In this document: piece by piece, positions 41,538-52,115 of the stretch
How positions within the stretch are numbered: position 1 is the stretch's first letter
How the letters are laid out: every line of letters begins with the position of its first letter
From: Eledone cirrhosa
Taxonomy: Eukaryota
NCBI GenBank assembly: GCA_964016885.1
Contig: OZ024742.1
Coordinates: 11,594,001 to 11,658,000, forward strand
Reading direction: 5' to 3'
DNA length: 64,000 nt
Notes under the pieces: generated by a model
The model's input: the letters and a program-made list of their open reading frames with translations, nothing else
Told to the model about the DNA's origin: nothing
Databases searched by the model: none
Made by a program: the position numbers and the translations under genes

Positions 41538-42415
41538 TATCTTACTCTCTATCCTTCTCTCTATCTTTCTCTCTATCTTACTCTCTATCCTTCTCTCTAT
41601 CCTTCTCTCTATCTTACTCTCTATCCTTCTCTCTATCCTTCTCTCTATCCTTCTCTCTATCTTACTCTCTATCTTACTCTCTATCCTTCTCTCTATCCTT
41701 CTCTCTATCCTTCTCTCTATCTTACTCTCTATCATTCTCTCTATCCTTCTCTATATCCTTCTCTCTATCCTTCTCTCTATCCTTCTCTCTATCATTCTCT
41801 CTATCCTGCTCTCTATCCTTCTCTCCATCCTTCTCTCTATCCTTCTCTCTATACTTCTCTCTATCCTTATCTCTATCCTTCTCTATATCCTTCTCACTAT
41901 CCCTTTCTCTATCCTTCTCTCTATCCTTCTCTATATCCTTCTCTCTATCTTACTCTCTATCGTACTCTCTATCCTTCTCTCAATCTTACTCTCTATCCTT
42001 CTCTCTATCCTTCTCTATATCCTTCTCTCTGTCCTTCTCTCTATTATTCTCTCTATCCTTCTCTATATCCTTCTCTCTATCTTACTCTCTATCCTTCTCT
42101 CTATCATTCTCTCTATCCTGCTCTCTATCCTTCTCTCCATCCTTCTCTCTATCCTTCTCTCTATCCTTCTCTCTATCCTTATATCTATCCTTCTCTCTAT
42201 CCTTCTCACTATCCTTTTCTCTATCCTTCTCTCTATCCTTCTCTCTATCCTTCTCTATATCCTTCTCTATATCCTTCTCTCCATCCTTCACACTATCCTT
42301 CTCTCTATCCTTCTCTCTATCTTACTCTCTATCCTTATCTCTATCCTTCTCTCTATCCTTCTCTCCATCCTTCACTCTATCCCTCTCTCTATCCTTCTCT
42401 CTATCTTACTCTCTA
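41538..42415 (+). repeat. 12-nt tandem tail after LINE copy C, 878 bp
   Basis: Largely the same order of variant units as 39464-40341. Confidence 0.96.
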
Positions 42416-43611
42416 TCCAATTCCTTTGGAAGAGGCGGGCTCCTATGGTGAGGAGATCCATCTGCTGTCAACACCCTTCGAAAGGAGGGCTGGGGATGCC
42501 GTGGCTAATGATGCGTAAACACGCATTAAGGCTACGGCACCTCTACGTATTCCTCACCGGACAACCGGTGTGGGCCTCGTTTGTGAGACGAACCTTTCCC
42601 AGACTCGTCTCACTCACCGAGCTGCAATCCTGGGTCAAGCAGAGACCGAGAAAACTGGGCGCCTGGCACACTGAGTGTGCCCAGGCGCTCACCGCCCTCT
42701 GGCAGGCGGATCCGGTTATCAGTGGAGACTCCACCGCAACATTATATAGAGGGCTGGTACGCAGCAGGTGCGACGACGCCCTCGGAGAAGCCCTAGACAT
42801 TGAGGAAGACGAACTGGCCCGCCCGTTCGGTAGAACATTCAGCCCGGGACCTATGGACAACTTCCAGAAGTCCCTGGCCTGGCAGTGCTACCGAGGGGCT
42901 CCACCCGTTCGAGAAAAGCTCTACAGACACGGGCGCTCGGGTAGGGACCCCGCCAAAAAGATCTATCCCAGATGCGTGTGCGACGAGGAAACCGTTGCAC
43001 ACGCAATGGTACACTGCTCGGGCGTAGCCGATCTGTGGGGCTATGTCGAACAACTGCTGTCAAGGGTGGGACCGATCCGGTTGACCACCGAGTCTATTGT
43101 AACGATCAAGCCGCGTCCGCCCTTCAAAAATGAAGGAGAGGCGGTGTTTCTGTGCGTAATAGCCATGGTGAAAGAGGTTGTGTGGTGGACGCATCTGAAA
43201 GGACTGAGGTCAGGCACCTTTCTCTCTGGCCAACAACTGGTCCGTTTCTTCCGATATCATTTCGGAAGAAGTATCAGGATGGAGAGAGAGGTGCTGTACC
43301 CCAGCCGTTTTTATGAAAGGTGGGTGAAAGTAGCGAGAATGGCCCGTGTGAATGGGCCTTCTCTTTACAAAAGCCTGTAGGTGGAAAAGAGGAAGGAACG
43401 AGGGAGCCCTCTCTCTGTGCTTCTGAGGAGAAGGGGTTGCACACTTTTTTCGGGGGTGTGTGTGACCCCCCCCCCCTATTGAGGACTTATTTTTAAGTTT
43501 ATTGTTAATTTTACATTTGTTATATATCTTCTTTACTCGCCTTTTCATGTAAACTACTCCCATTGTACTTGTCCAACTTTTTGATGCCCTGGTGGCAAAT
43601 AAAAAGAAACA
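42416..43611 (+). mobile_element. LINE copy D (3'-terminal ~1.2 kb)
   Basis: Same 5' junction as copy C, offset exactly 2074 bp; stop at 43380. Confidence 0.95.
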
Positions 43612-44501
43612 TATCTTACTCTCTATCCTTCTCTCTATCTTTCTCTCTATCTTACTCTCTATCCTTCTCTCTATCCTTCTCTCTATCTTACTCTCTATCC
43701 TTCTCTCTATCCTTCTCTCTATCCTTCTCTCTATCTTACTCTCTATCTTACTCTCTATCTTTCTCTCTATCCTTCTCTCTATCCTTCTCTCTATCTTACT
43801 CTCGATCATTCTCTCTATCCTTCTCTATATCCTTCTCTCTATCCTTCTCTCTATCCTTCTCTCTATCATTCTCTCTATCCTGCTCTCTATCCTTCTCTCC
43901 ATCCTTCTCTCTATCCTTCTCTCTATACTTCTCTCTATCCTTATCTCTATCCTTCTCTATATCCTTCTCACTATCCCTTTCTCTATCCTTCTCTCTATCC
44001 TTCTCTATATCCTTCTCTCTATCTTACTCTCTATCGTACTCTCTATCCTTCTCTCAATCTTACTCTCTATCCTTCTCTCTATCCTTCTCTATATCCTTCT
44101 CTCTGTCCTTCTCTCTATTATTCTCTCTATCCTTCTCTCTATCCTTCTCTCTATCTTACTCTCTATCCTTCTCTCTATCATTCTCTCTATCCTGCTCTCT
44201 ATCCTTCTCTCCATCCTTCTCTCTATCCTTCTCTCTATCCTTCTCTCTCTCCTTATATCTATCCTTCTCTCTATCCTTCTCACTATCCTTTTCTCTATCC
44301 TTCTCTCTATCCTTCTCTCTATCCTTCTCTCTATCCTTCTCTATATCCTTCTCTCCATCCTTCACTCTATCCTTCTCTCTATCCTTCTCTCTATCTTACT
44401 CTCTATCCTTATCTCTATCCTTCTCTCTATCCTTCTCTCTATCCTTCTCTCCATCCTTCACTCTATCCTTCTCTCTATCCTTCTCTCTATCTTACTCTCT
44501 A
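43612..44501 (+). repeat. 12-nt tandem tail after LINE copy D, 890 bp
   Basis: Same variant order, one 12-mer longer overall. Confidence 0.96.
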
Positions 44502-45730
44502 TCCAATTCCTTTGGAAGAGGCGGGCTCCTATGGTGAGGAGATCCATCTGCTGTCAACACCCTTCGAAAGGAGGGCTGGGGATGCCGTGGCTAATGATGC
44601 GTAAACACGCATTAAGGCTACGGCACCTCTACGTATTACTCACCGGACAACCGGTGTGGGCCTCGTTTGTGAGACGAACCTTTCCCAGACTCGTCTCACT
44701 CACCGAGCTGCAATCCTGGGTCAAGCAGAGACCGAGAAAACTGGGCGCCTGGCACACTGAGTGTGCCCAGGCGCTCACCGCCCTCTGGCAGGCGGATCCG
44801 GTTATCAGTGGAGACTCCACCGCAACATTATATAGAGGGCTGGTACGCAGCAGGTGCGACGACGCCCTCGGAGAAGCCCTAGACATGGAGGAGGACGAAC
44901 TGGCCAGCCTGTTCGGTAGGACATTCAGCCCGGGACCTATGGACAACTTCCAGAAGTCCCTGGCCTGGCAGTGCTACCGAGGGGCTTTACCCGTTCGAGA
45001 AAGGCTCTACAGACACGGGCGCCCGGGTAGGGACCCCGCCAAAAAGATCTGTCCCAGATGCGTGTGCGACGAGGAAACCGTTGCACACGCATTGGTACAC
45101 TGCTCGGGCGTAGCCGATCTGTGGGGCTATGTCGAACAACTGCTGTCAAGGGTGGGACCAATCCGGTTGACCACCGAGTCTATTGTAATGATCAAGCCGC
45201 CTCCCCCCTTCAAAGATGAAGCAGAGGCGGTGTTTCTGTGCGTAATAGCCATGGCGAAAGAGGTTGTATGGTGGACGCGTCTGAAAGGACTGAGGTCAGG
45301 CACCTTTCTCTCTGGCCAACAACTGGTCCGTTTCTTCCGATATCATTTCGGAAGAAGGATCAGGATGGAGAGAGAGGTGCTGCACCCCAGCCGTTTCTAT
45401 GAAAGATGGGTGAAAGTGGCGAGAATGGCCCGTGTGAATGGGCCTTCACTCTACATCAGACTATAGGTGAGGAAGATGAAAGACCAAGGGAGCACCCCTT
45501 CTCTGTGCTCCTGAGGAGAAGGGTTGCACACTTTTTTCGGGGGTGTGTGCGACCCGCCAAGGCGCCTCCTCTCTATTGAGGATTTTGTTAAAAATTTTAT
45601 TTTTTGTTATATCTTATTTTATTTTTATATTTTGTTATTGCCTCCTCCTTATTGAGGACGCCTTTTTGTGTAAACTTCCCCCTTTGTACTTGTCCCACTT
45701 TTGATGCCCTAGTGGCAAATAAAAGAAACA
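44502..45730 (+). mobile_element. LINE copy E (3'-terminal ~1.2 kb) with a distinct 3' end and 3'UTR
   Basis: Same 5' junction as C and D. Diverges from B-D after ~45157 (ends ...SLYIRL*, stop at 45466) and has a different UTR. AATAAA at 45718-45723. Confidence 0.94.
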
Positions 45731-45846
45731 TATCTTACTCTCTATCCTTCTCTCCATCCTTCACTCTATCCTTCTCTCTATCATTCTCTCCATCCTTCAC
45801 TCTATCCTTCTCTCTATCCTTCTCTCTATCTTACTCTCTATCCTTC
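45731..45846 (+). repeat. Short 12-nt tandem tail after LINE copy E
   Basis: About 10 units of TATCCTTCTCTC type, then unique sequence. Confidence 0.93.
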
Positions 45847-45927
45847 CGTTCATCTGTTCTTCTCTAGCTTTCAACCATCTCTCCTATCACATGATGAATT
45901 ATTTTAATTGCATTCCGACATGAGTGG

Positions 45928-46605
45928 CAATTACAACAACAATTACAACAACAATAACAACAACAATAACAACAACAATAACAACAACAATAACAACAAA
46001 AATAACAACAACAATAACAACAACATCAACAGCAAGAACAAAAACAGAAATAACAGCAAAAACAACAATAACATCAGCTCCACCACCAACAACAACATCA
46101 ATAACAACAACAACAACGGCAATAGTTGCAATATCACCAAAACAACGCCACTAACACCAGCAACACCAACAACAACAACACCAACAACAACAACAATATC
46201 AACACCAACAACAACACCAACAACAACAACACCAGCAACAACAACAACAACACCAGCAACAACAACACCACCAACAACAACAACAACAGCAACAACACCA
46301 CCACCACCAACAACAACAACAACACCAACAACAACCACAACAACATCAACAACAACACCAACAACAACAACATCAACAACACCAACAACAACACCAACAA
46401 CAACAACAACACCAACAACAACAACATCAACAACAACACCAGCAACAACAACACCAACAACAACAACAACAGCAACAGCACCACCAACAACAACAACACC
46501 AACAACAACACCAACAACAACAACAACATCAACAACACCAACAACAACAACAACACCAACAACACCAACAACACCAACAACAACAACACCACCACCACCA
46601 ACACC

Positions 46606-46657
<52 letters not shown>

Positions 46658-46905
46658 CCAACAACAACAACAACACCAACAACAACAACATCAACAACAA
46701 CACCAGCAACAACAACACCAACAACAACAACACCAACAACAACACCAGCAACAACAACACCAACAACAACAACAGCAGCAACAACACCACCAACAACAAC
46801 AACACCAACAACAACACCAACAACAACAACATCAACAACACCAACAACAACAACACCAACAACACCAACAACACCAACAACAACAACACCACCACCACCA
46901 ACACC

Positions 46906-46948
<43 letters not shown>

Positions 46949-47050
46949 CCAACAACAACAACACCAGCAACAACAACAACACCAACAACAACACCAACAA
47001 CAACAACATCAACAACAACAACAGCAACACAAACTACAACAACAACAACA
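45928..47050. repeat. Degenerate (AAC)n/ACC triplet block, opposite orientation to the giant satellite
   Basis: CAACAACACCAACAACAA units with ATC/AGC variants and an internal duplication of ~300 bp (CACCACCACCAACACC at ~46587 and ~46887). Confidence 0.93.
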
Positions 47051-47230
47051 ATTATTGCACATTATATTAATATTTAATGTTAGCTTTCCATTATAATTTT
47101 ATGCAATAACCTATTTTTATGTTTTTCATGTTCTAAAGTTATGTTCTAAAAACCGACTTAATAATGAGTAAGTTAAATATATTACTAAATTCCTCCAAAT
47201 TTCAGATTATTTTAAATATTAACTGAAATT

Positions 47231-47548
47231 GGATTGGCAGTATCGGTAGAGGGTCAGACTCCATGCTAGGGTGGTGGATTGGCAGTATCGGTAGAGGGTC
47301 AGACGCCATGCTAGGGTGGTGGATTGGTAGCATCGGTAGAGGGTCAGACGTCATGCTAGGGTGGTGGGTTGGCAGTATCGGTAGAGGGTCGGATGCCGTG
47401 CTTTGACGCATAGAGTTACGGCCCTTGCCATACTGAGTTCAAATCCCGTCGAGGTTAACTTTGCCTTTTTTCCTAACGAAGTCGATAAAAAAAATATCAG
47501 TAATTCACTGAGATAATTGCTGGACTTGTGCCAAAAGTAGAAACAATT
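47231..47548 (+). mobile_element. tRNA-derived SINE with a four-fold tandemly amplified 45-bp head
   Basis: A-box-like TGGCAGTATCGG in units at 47231/47276/47321/47366. B box GAGTTCAAATCC at 47435-47446. Body GAGGTTAACTTTGCC...GTCGATAAA is homologous to the reverse complement of 62682-62833. Confidence 0.8.
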
Positions 47549-47677
47549 AAATATATTTTATATATCCCTCCTCTACCAACTCTCAATCATATTATACACT
47601 CTAAGGCCTACGTGGTGGTACCACCTCTAATTATTATACCAGGAGTATTCCTTTCTACGTCGCAGTCCGAGGTAAAG

Positions 47678-47878
47678 GAAAGTGGCTTTGCCGTTAGAGC
47701 ATTCGGCTCACAGTCCGGAGTTTATGAGTTCGATTCCCAGTGGTCTTTACAAAGACACTTGATTTCCCTTTGCTCCAATCCACTCAGCTGGCAAAAATGT
47801 GTTGTACCTGTAATTCGAAGGGCCAGCCTTGTCACATACTGTGTCTCGCCGAATCTCCCTAAGAACTATGTTAAAGGT
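47678..47878 (+). mobile_element. Second tRNA-derived SINE family, degenerate
   Basis: A-box-like GTGGCTTTGCCGTTAG at ~47682 and B box GAGTTCGATTCC at 47726-47737. Core AAGACACTT...CCACTCAGCTGGCAAAAATG recalled from octopus SINE-like repeats (not searched). Confidence 0.7.
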
Positions 47879-48040
47879 TGTCTTTACACGGACCTTTTAA
47901 TCTGTTTCTCCTCCGTGATCCTGTCTCTATTTTGTACTCCTGAAGAAGGGCTTAAGTCCGACACGTCAAACATTCTTTCCTCTTTCCAATATAAAGCGTG
48001 AAACTAATAAGACTTTGTACCACTTTTTGTTGTCTCCTTG

Positions 48041-48089
<49 letters not shown>

Positions 48090-48188
48090 CATATATATAT
48101 GTGTTAGGTAATTCCAAAGGAAAAAAGAGTGCTCTATGTATAGAACAGTGCTATTTAATTAGAAGCTGAACAACACAACATATAACTA

Positions 48189-48258
48189 CTCCATTACCAA
48201 AGGTTTCTGGATCACAGACGATAATAATATATATGTCTGGATCGATCGTCAGATAGAG
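48189..48258 (-). ncRNA. Minimal type I hammerhead ribozyme motif (family 1, left arm)
   Basis: Reverse-complement copy of 48373-48440 with the core intact. Confidence 0.75.
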
Positions 48259-48372
48259 ATGTTATGGATAAAAGATATGAAATGAAATTAAAAATCTGTT
48301 AAAAATTGGAAGTGAGGCTGGTGAATTTTTAACAGATTTTTAATTTCATTTCATATCTTTTATCCATAACAT

Positions 48373-48440
48373 CTCTATCTGACGACCGATCCAGACATAT
48401 ATTATTATCGTCTGTGATCCAGAAACCTTTGGTAATGGAG
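48373..48440 (+). ncRNA. Minimal type I hammerhead ribozyme motif (family 1, right arm)
   Basis: Stem I CTCTAT/ATGGAG; core CTGACGA; stem II GATC-CAGAC...GTCTG-T-GATC; GAAACC-TTT-GGTA (stem III, GUA site). Confidence 0.78.
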
Positions 48441-48616
48441 TAGTTATATTTTGTGTTGTTCAGCTTCTAATTAAATAGCTCTGTTCTATACATAGAGCAC
48501 TCTTTTTTCCTTTGCTTTTCCTTTGCTTTTCCTTCAGAATTACCTAACACACACACTCACACGCACACAAACACATACATATATCTATATCTATATCTAT
48601 CTATATATACACACAC

Positions 48617-48713
<97 letters not shown>

Positions 48714-48807
48714 AATATACATATATATATATATATATATATGTATATATCCGTACCATCCCCTGAGTCTTCCATTATTTGTACTGTCTCTTCCATTGAA
48801 TGTTGGT

Positions 48808-48857
48808 TCATGTCTGATGAACCTGTGAGAAGCAGGTGAAATTCTACCGTAACAAGA
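48808..48857 (+). ncRNA. Minimal type I hammerhead ribozyme motif (family 2)
   Basis: TCATGT-CTGATGA-ACCTG-TGAGAAG-CAGGT-GAAAT-TCTACC-GTA-ACAAGA. Perfect 5-bp stem II; stem I has one mismatch. Confidence 0.78.
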
Positions 48858-49211
48858 TTCATTATTTAACCTTAGTAAGATGAGTATATATATGTTGCGC
48901 GTGTGGTGTGTACATGTATGTATGTATATATATATATATATATATATATGCATGTGTGTGTGTGTATATTTCTGTATATATAATAGAATGTGATGTATAT
49001 AATGCTAATATGGGTACTTAAGAGCTATCAGACAGCCGTCCATGTGCAACAGCTGCACACATGTACATAGACAGGCACAAAACTAATATTTATATATTTA
49101 GAGAAAAACTTTTGAGTAGCTTACATATAGTTTCATAAGCTTACATAGATATAAACATACACATACACGCACATGCCTCTTTATATATACATACATACAC
49201 ACACTCACATG

Positions 49212-49289
<78 letters not shown>

Positions 49290-49306
49290 CATAATACACA
49301 TATATA

Positions 49307-49859
49307 TAAACGAAAAAATGAAACGAAATTTCATTTCCCACTCTTAGTACGGCTGTTACTTAAATATAAGTATGTATATGTACATACATATATGTATACA
49401 GACGTACAGTAGTATGTATATATATATACATACATGCACACATATATATATGTACGTATGGATTCACCGAACATTTATTATAATGCTCGGTGTGTTTGTG
49501 CACCCGGCCGTTTCACCCAGTCGATATGCAAATTGGGCTACTCACCCGTTAATATGCATAAGGTAAGTATATACTTTCAGACGTTCAACAATCTGACAGG
49601 AAGGTATACGTTGCTGACGATAGCTAATAAGCTTGAAACTAGTACAGCGTTACTTTGTCAGTGTTGAACAAACGAGCAACGATGGTTGCTAGACACTACG
49701 GCTTAATACAGGATGTTTGTTTACAAACACACCGAGCATTATAATACATTTTCGGTGAATCCATACGTACATATATATATGTGTGCATGTATGTATATAT
49801 ATATATAACTAATACTGTACGTCTGTATACATATATGTATGTACGTGTACATACTTATA
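49307..49859. mobile_element. Dispersed fold-back copy of the 422/430-bp hammerhead repeat (direct part 49307-49499, inverted part 49498-49859)
   Basis: Both parts match the unit of the 57395-59633 array; flanked by (TA)n on both sides. Confidence 0.9.
49608..49650 (+). ncRNA. Minimal type I hammerhead ribozyme motif (family 3)
   Basis: ACGTTG-CTGACGA-TAGCT-AATA-AGCTT-GAAAC-TA-GTA-CAGCGT. 6-bp stem I, 4-bp stem II, palindromic stem III ACTAGT. Confidence 0.87.
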
Positions 49860-49880
49860 CATATATATATATATATATAT

Positions 49881-49971
<91 letters not shown>

Positions 49972-49975
<4 letters not shown>

Positions 49976-50570
49976 CAGTTGGTGCTACTGGTAACATGTA
50001 TCCCAGTACAACCTGCCTCATGGTCGGGTCGTTGGAGACTAAACTGGCAACCCCACCAAGGTTTCTTGGTGAGGATGGTGACTTTGGACATCCTGCAGGA
50101 CTAAAATCAAAACCTGTCAAAGGGCAAAGGAACTCTTAAGAGTCAATGGCCATCCAAAATCACCGGGAGAGATAACCCCTTAGCCTTTGTCAAGGCAGAA
50201 TTCTAGGAGAAGGAAAACTCTGATATAACACCTGCAACTCTGATGGTATCCAATGATTTTGACTTGTTCTTCTTTTTGCTAAATATCATCTTGGTTAAGA
50301 GAGTGGGACTGGCTTTGTGCAGTGCTTTGCTCACTATAAAAGCTTCACGGCACAGGCATTGCTTTATATCTGGAGATCTCTCTACACTTGTCCTCACATG
50401 GTACCATGGGCCCAGCACTATTTGTCAATAATTGTCACAAATGTAGTGTTTGTACCAGAGTTTTCAAGTCGCTGGCTGGAATAAAAAGTCACACTCGTTC
50501 AGCGCATCGGTAGGGGTTCTCCTACATGGATATAAAGTAGTGGCCGTACTCGAAAACGAGTTGGGAGCCA

Positions 50571-50625
<55 letters not shown>

Positions 50626-50651
50626 CATAATACATACATACATTATACATA

Positions 50652-50703
<52 letters not shown>

Positions 50704-50755
50704 GGAAAAATTTGAACAGGGACAAAACAGAGAGGCAGTACAATAAATGTTTATA

Positions 50756-50813
<58 letters not shown>

Positions 50814-51460
50814 CACACATAAATACCTACATACATACACTCACATACTTATATATATGGTGGCTGCCAACTCGTTTTCGAGTACGGCCACTACTTTATA
50901 TCCATGTAGGAGAACCCCTACCGATGCGCTGAACGAGTGTGACTTTTTAGTCCAGCCAGCGACTTGAAAACTCTGGTACAAACACTACACTTGTGACAAT
51001 TACTGACACATAGTGCTGGGCCCATGGTACCATGTGACGACAAGTGCAGAGAGATCTCCAGATATAAAGCAATGCCTGTGCCGTGAAGCTTTTATAGTGA
51101 GCAAAGGCACTGCACAAAGCCAGTCCCACTCTCTTAACCAAGATGATATTTACCAAAAAGAAGAACAAGTCAACATCATTGGATACCATCAGGGTTGCAG
51201 GTGTTATATCAGAGTTTTCCTTCTCCTAGAATTCTGCCTTGACAAAGGCTAAGGGGTCATCTCTCCCGGTGATTTTGGATGGCCATTGACTCTTAAGAGC
51301 TCCTTTGCCCTTTGACAGGTTTTGTTTTTAGTCCTGCAGGATGTCCAAAGTCACCCTCCTCACCAAGAAACCTTGGTGGGGTTGCCAGTTTAGTCGCCAA
51401 CGACCCGACCATGGGACAGGTTGTACTGGGATACATGTTACCAGTAGCACCAACTGGTGA
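49972..51460. repeat. ~600-bp inverted repeat pair (49972-50574 and 50857-51460) around a (TA)n-rich spacer
   Basis: TCACCAGTTGGTGCTACTGG...GCCACCAT is mirrored by ATGGTGGC...CCAGTAGCACCAACTGGTGA, with scattered substitutions. Confidence 0.95.
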
Positions 51461-51522
51461 CCTGACTTATATATATATATATATGCATACAAACATACAT
51501 AGGTACATATCATATATACATA

Positions 51523-51598
<76 letters not shown>

Positions 51599-51923
51599 TA
51601 GTATGTACAGGCATATATATATATTTAATTTCGTTAGACACATCCTAATATAATTATATAAATAAATATATTTGTGAATCTCGGTATGTACATACGAAAA
51701 CATATTCGCATAGAATATCTAGCCAACCACATCAACAATAACGGGAAGCCATACCCCCCCCCCCCCACACACACGCACACCAACTTTATACATCTATATA
51801 TATGTATAAGAGCAAAGAATATATATATATATAAATATAAGTTATTCCGGGTTGAATCGGAGGTAACCAATGTAAGTAAGGTACTCAATACACAGCAGAG
51901 TATAAACGTTTTAATATAGATGA

Positions 51924-51972
51924 AATTCTACAGGACTAGAACTGTTTCATTCATGAGAAATCATCAGGAATC
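51924..51972 (-). ncRNA. Type I hammerhead ribozyme motif (family 4)
   Basis: Minus strand reads GATTC-CTGATGA-TTTC-TCAT-GAAT-GAAACAG-TTCTAGTC-CTGTA-GAATT. Stem I 5 bp, stem II 3 bp, stem III ACAG/CTGT, GUA site. Confidence 0.75.
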
Positions 51973-52115
51973 TGGCTGTCCCAAATAAATGTTGTGGTAT
52001 TTATATCTTTTCTGGTGGTAGGAGAGGGTGGGGAGTGGGATGGGTGGAGGTCATTGGTTGAAAGAAAAGGGAATTCATTAAAAGCTAATTTTTGTAAGGC
52101 TATAATTTATATTTA

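Larger units (their letters stand above)
48101..48550. repeat. ~450-bp near-perfect fold-back (arms 48101-48307 and 48324-48550, 16-nt loop)
   Basis: GTGTTAGGTAATT...TTAAAAATT is mirrored by AATTTTTAA...AATTACCTAACAC; flanked by (TA)n and (CA)n. Confidence 0.95.

Noticed and set aside
39218-44537. IERR, SLSF and DREK repeat ORFs
   Set aside because: Alternative-frame translations of the 12-nt LINE tails.
45908-47077. 389-aa N/T/P-rich ORF as a mucin gene
   Set aside because: TTG start, pure triplet repeat, no signal peptide or domain; other frames are equally open.
47231-47395. 45-bp repeats (and the 430-bp array) as CRISPR
   Set aside because: Units are contiguous without unique spacers, there are no cas genes, and the context is eukaryotic.
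47366-47737. tRNA genes at the A/B box motifs
   Set aside because: No cloverleaf can be formed, and the sequences continue into SINE bodies.
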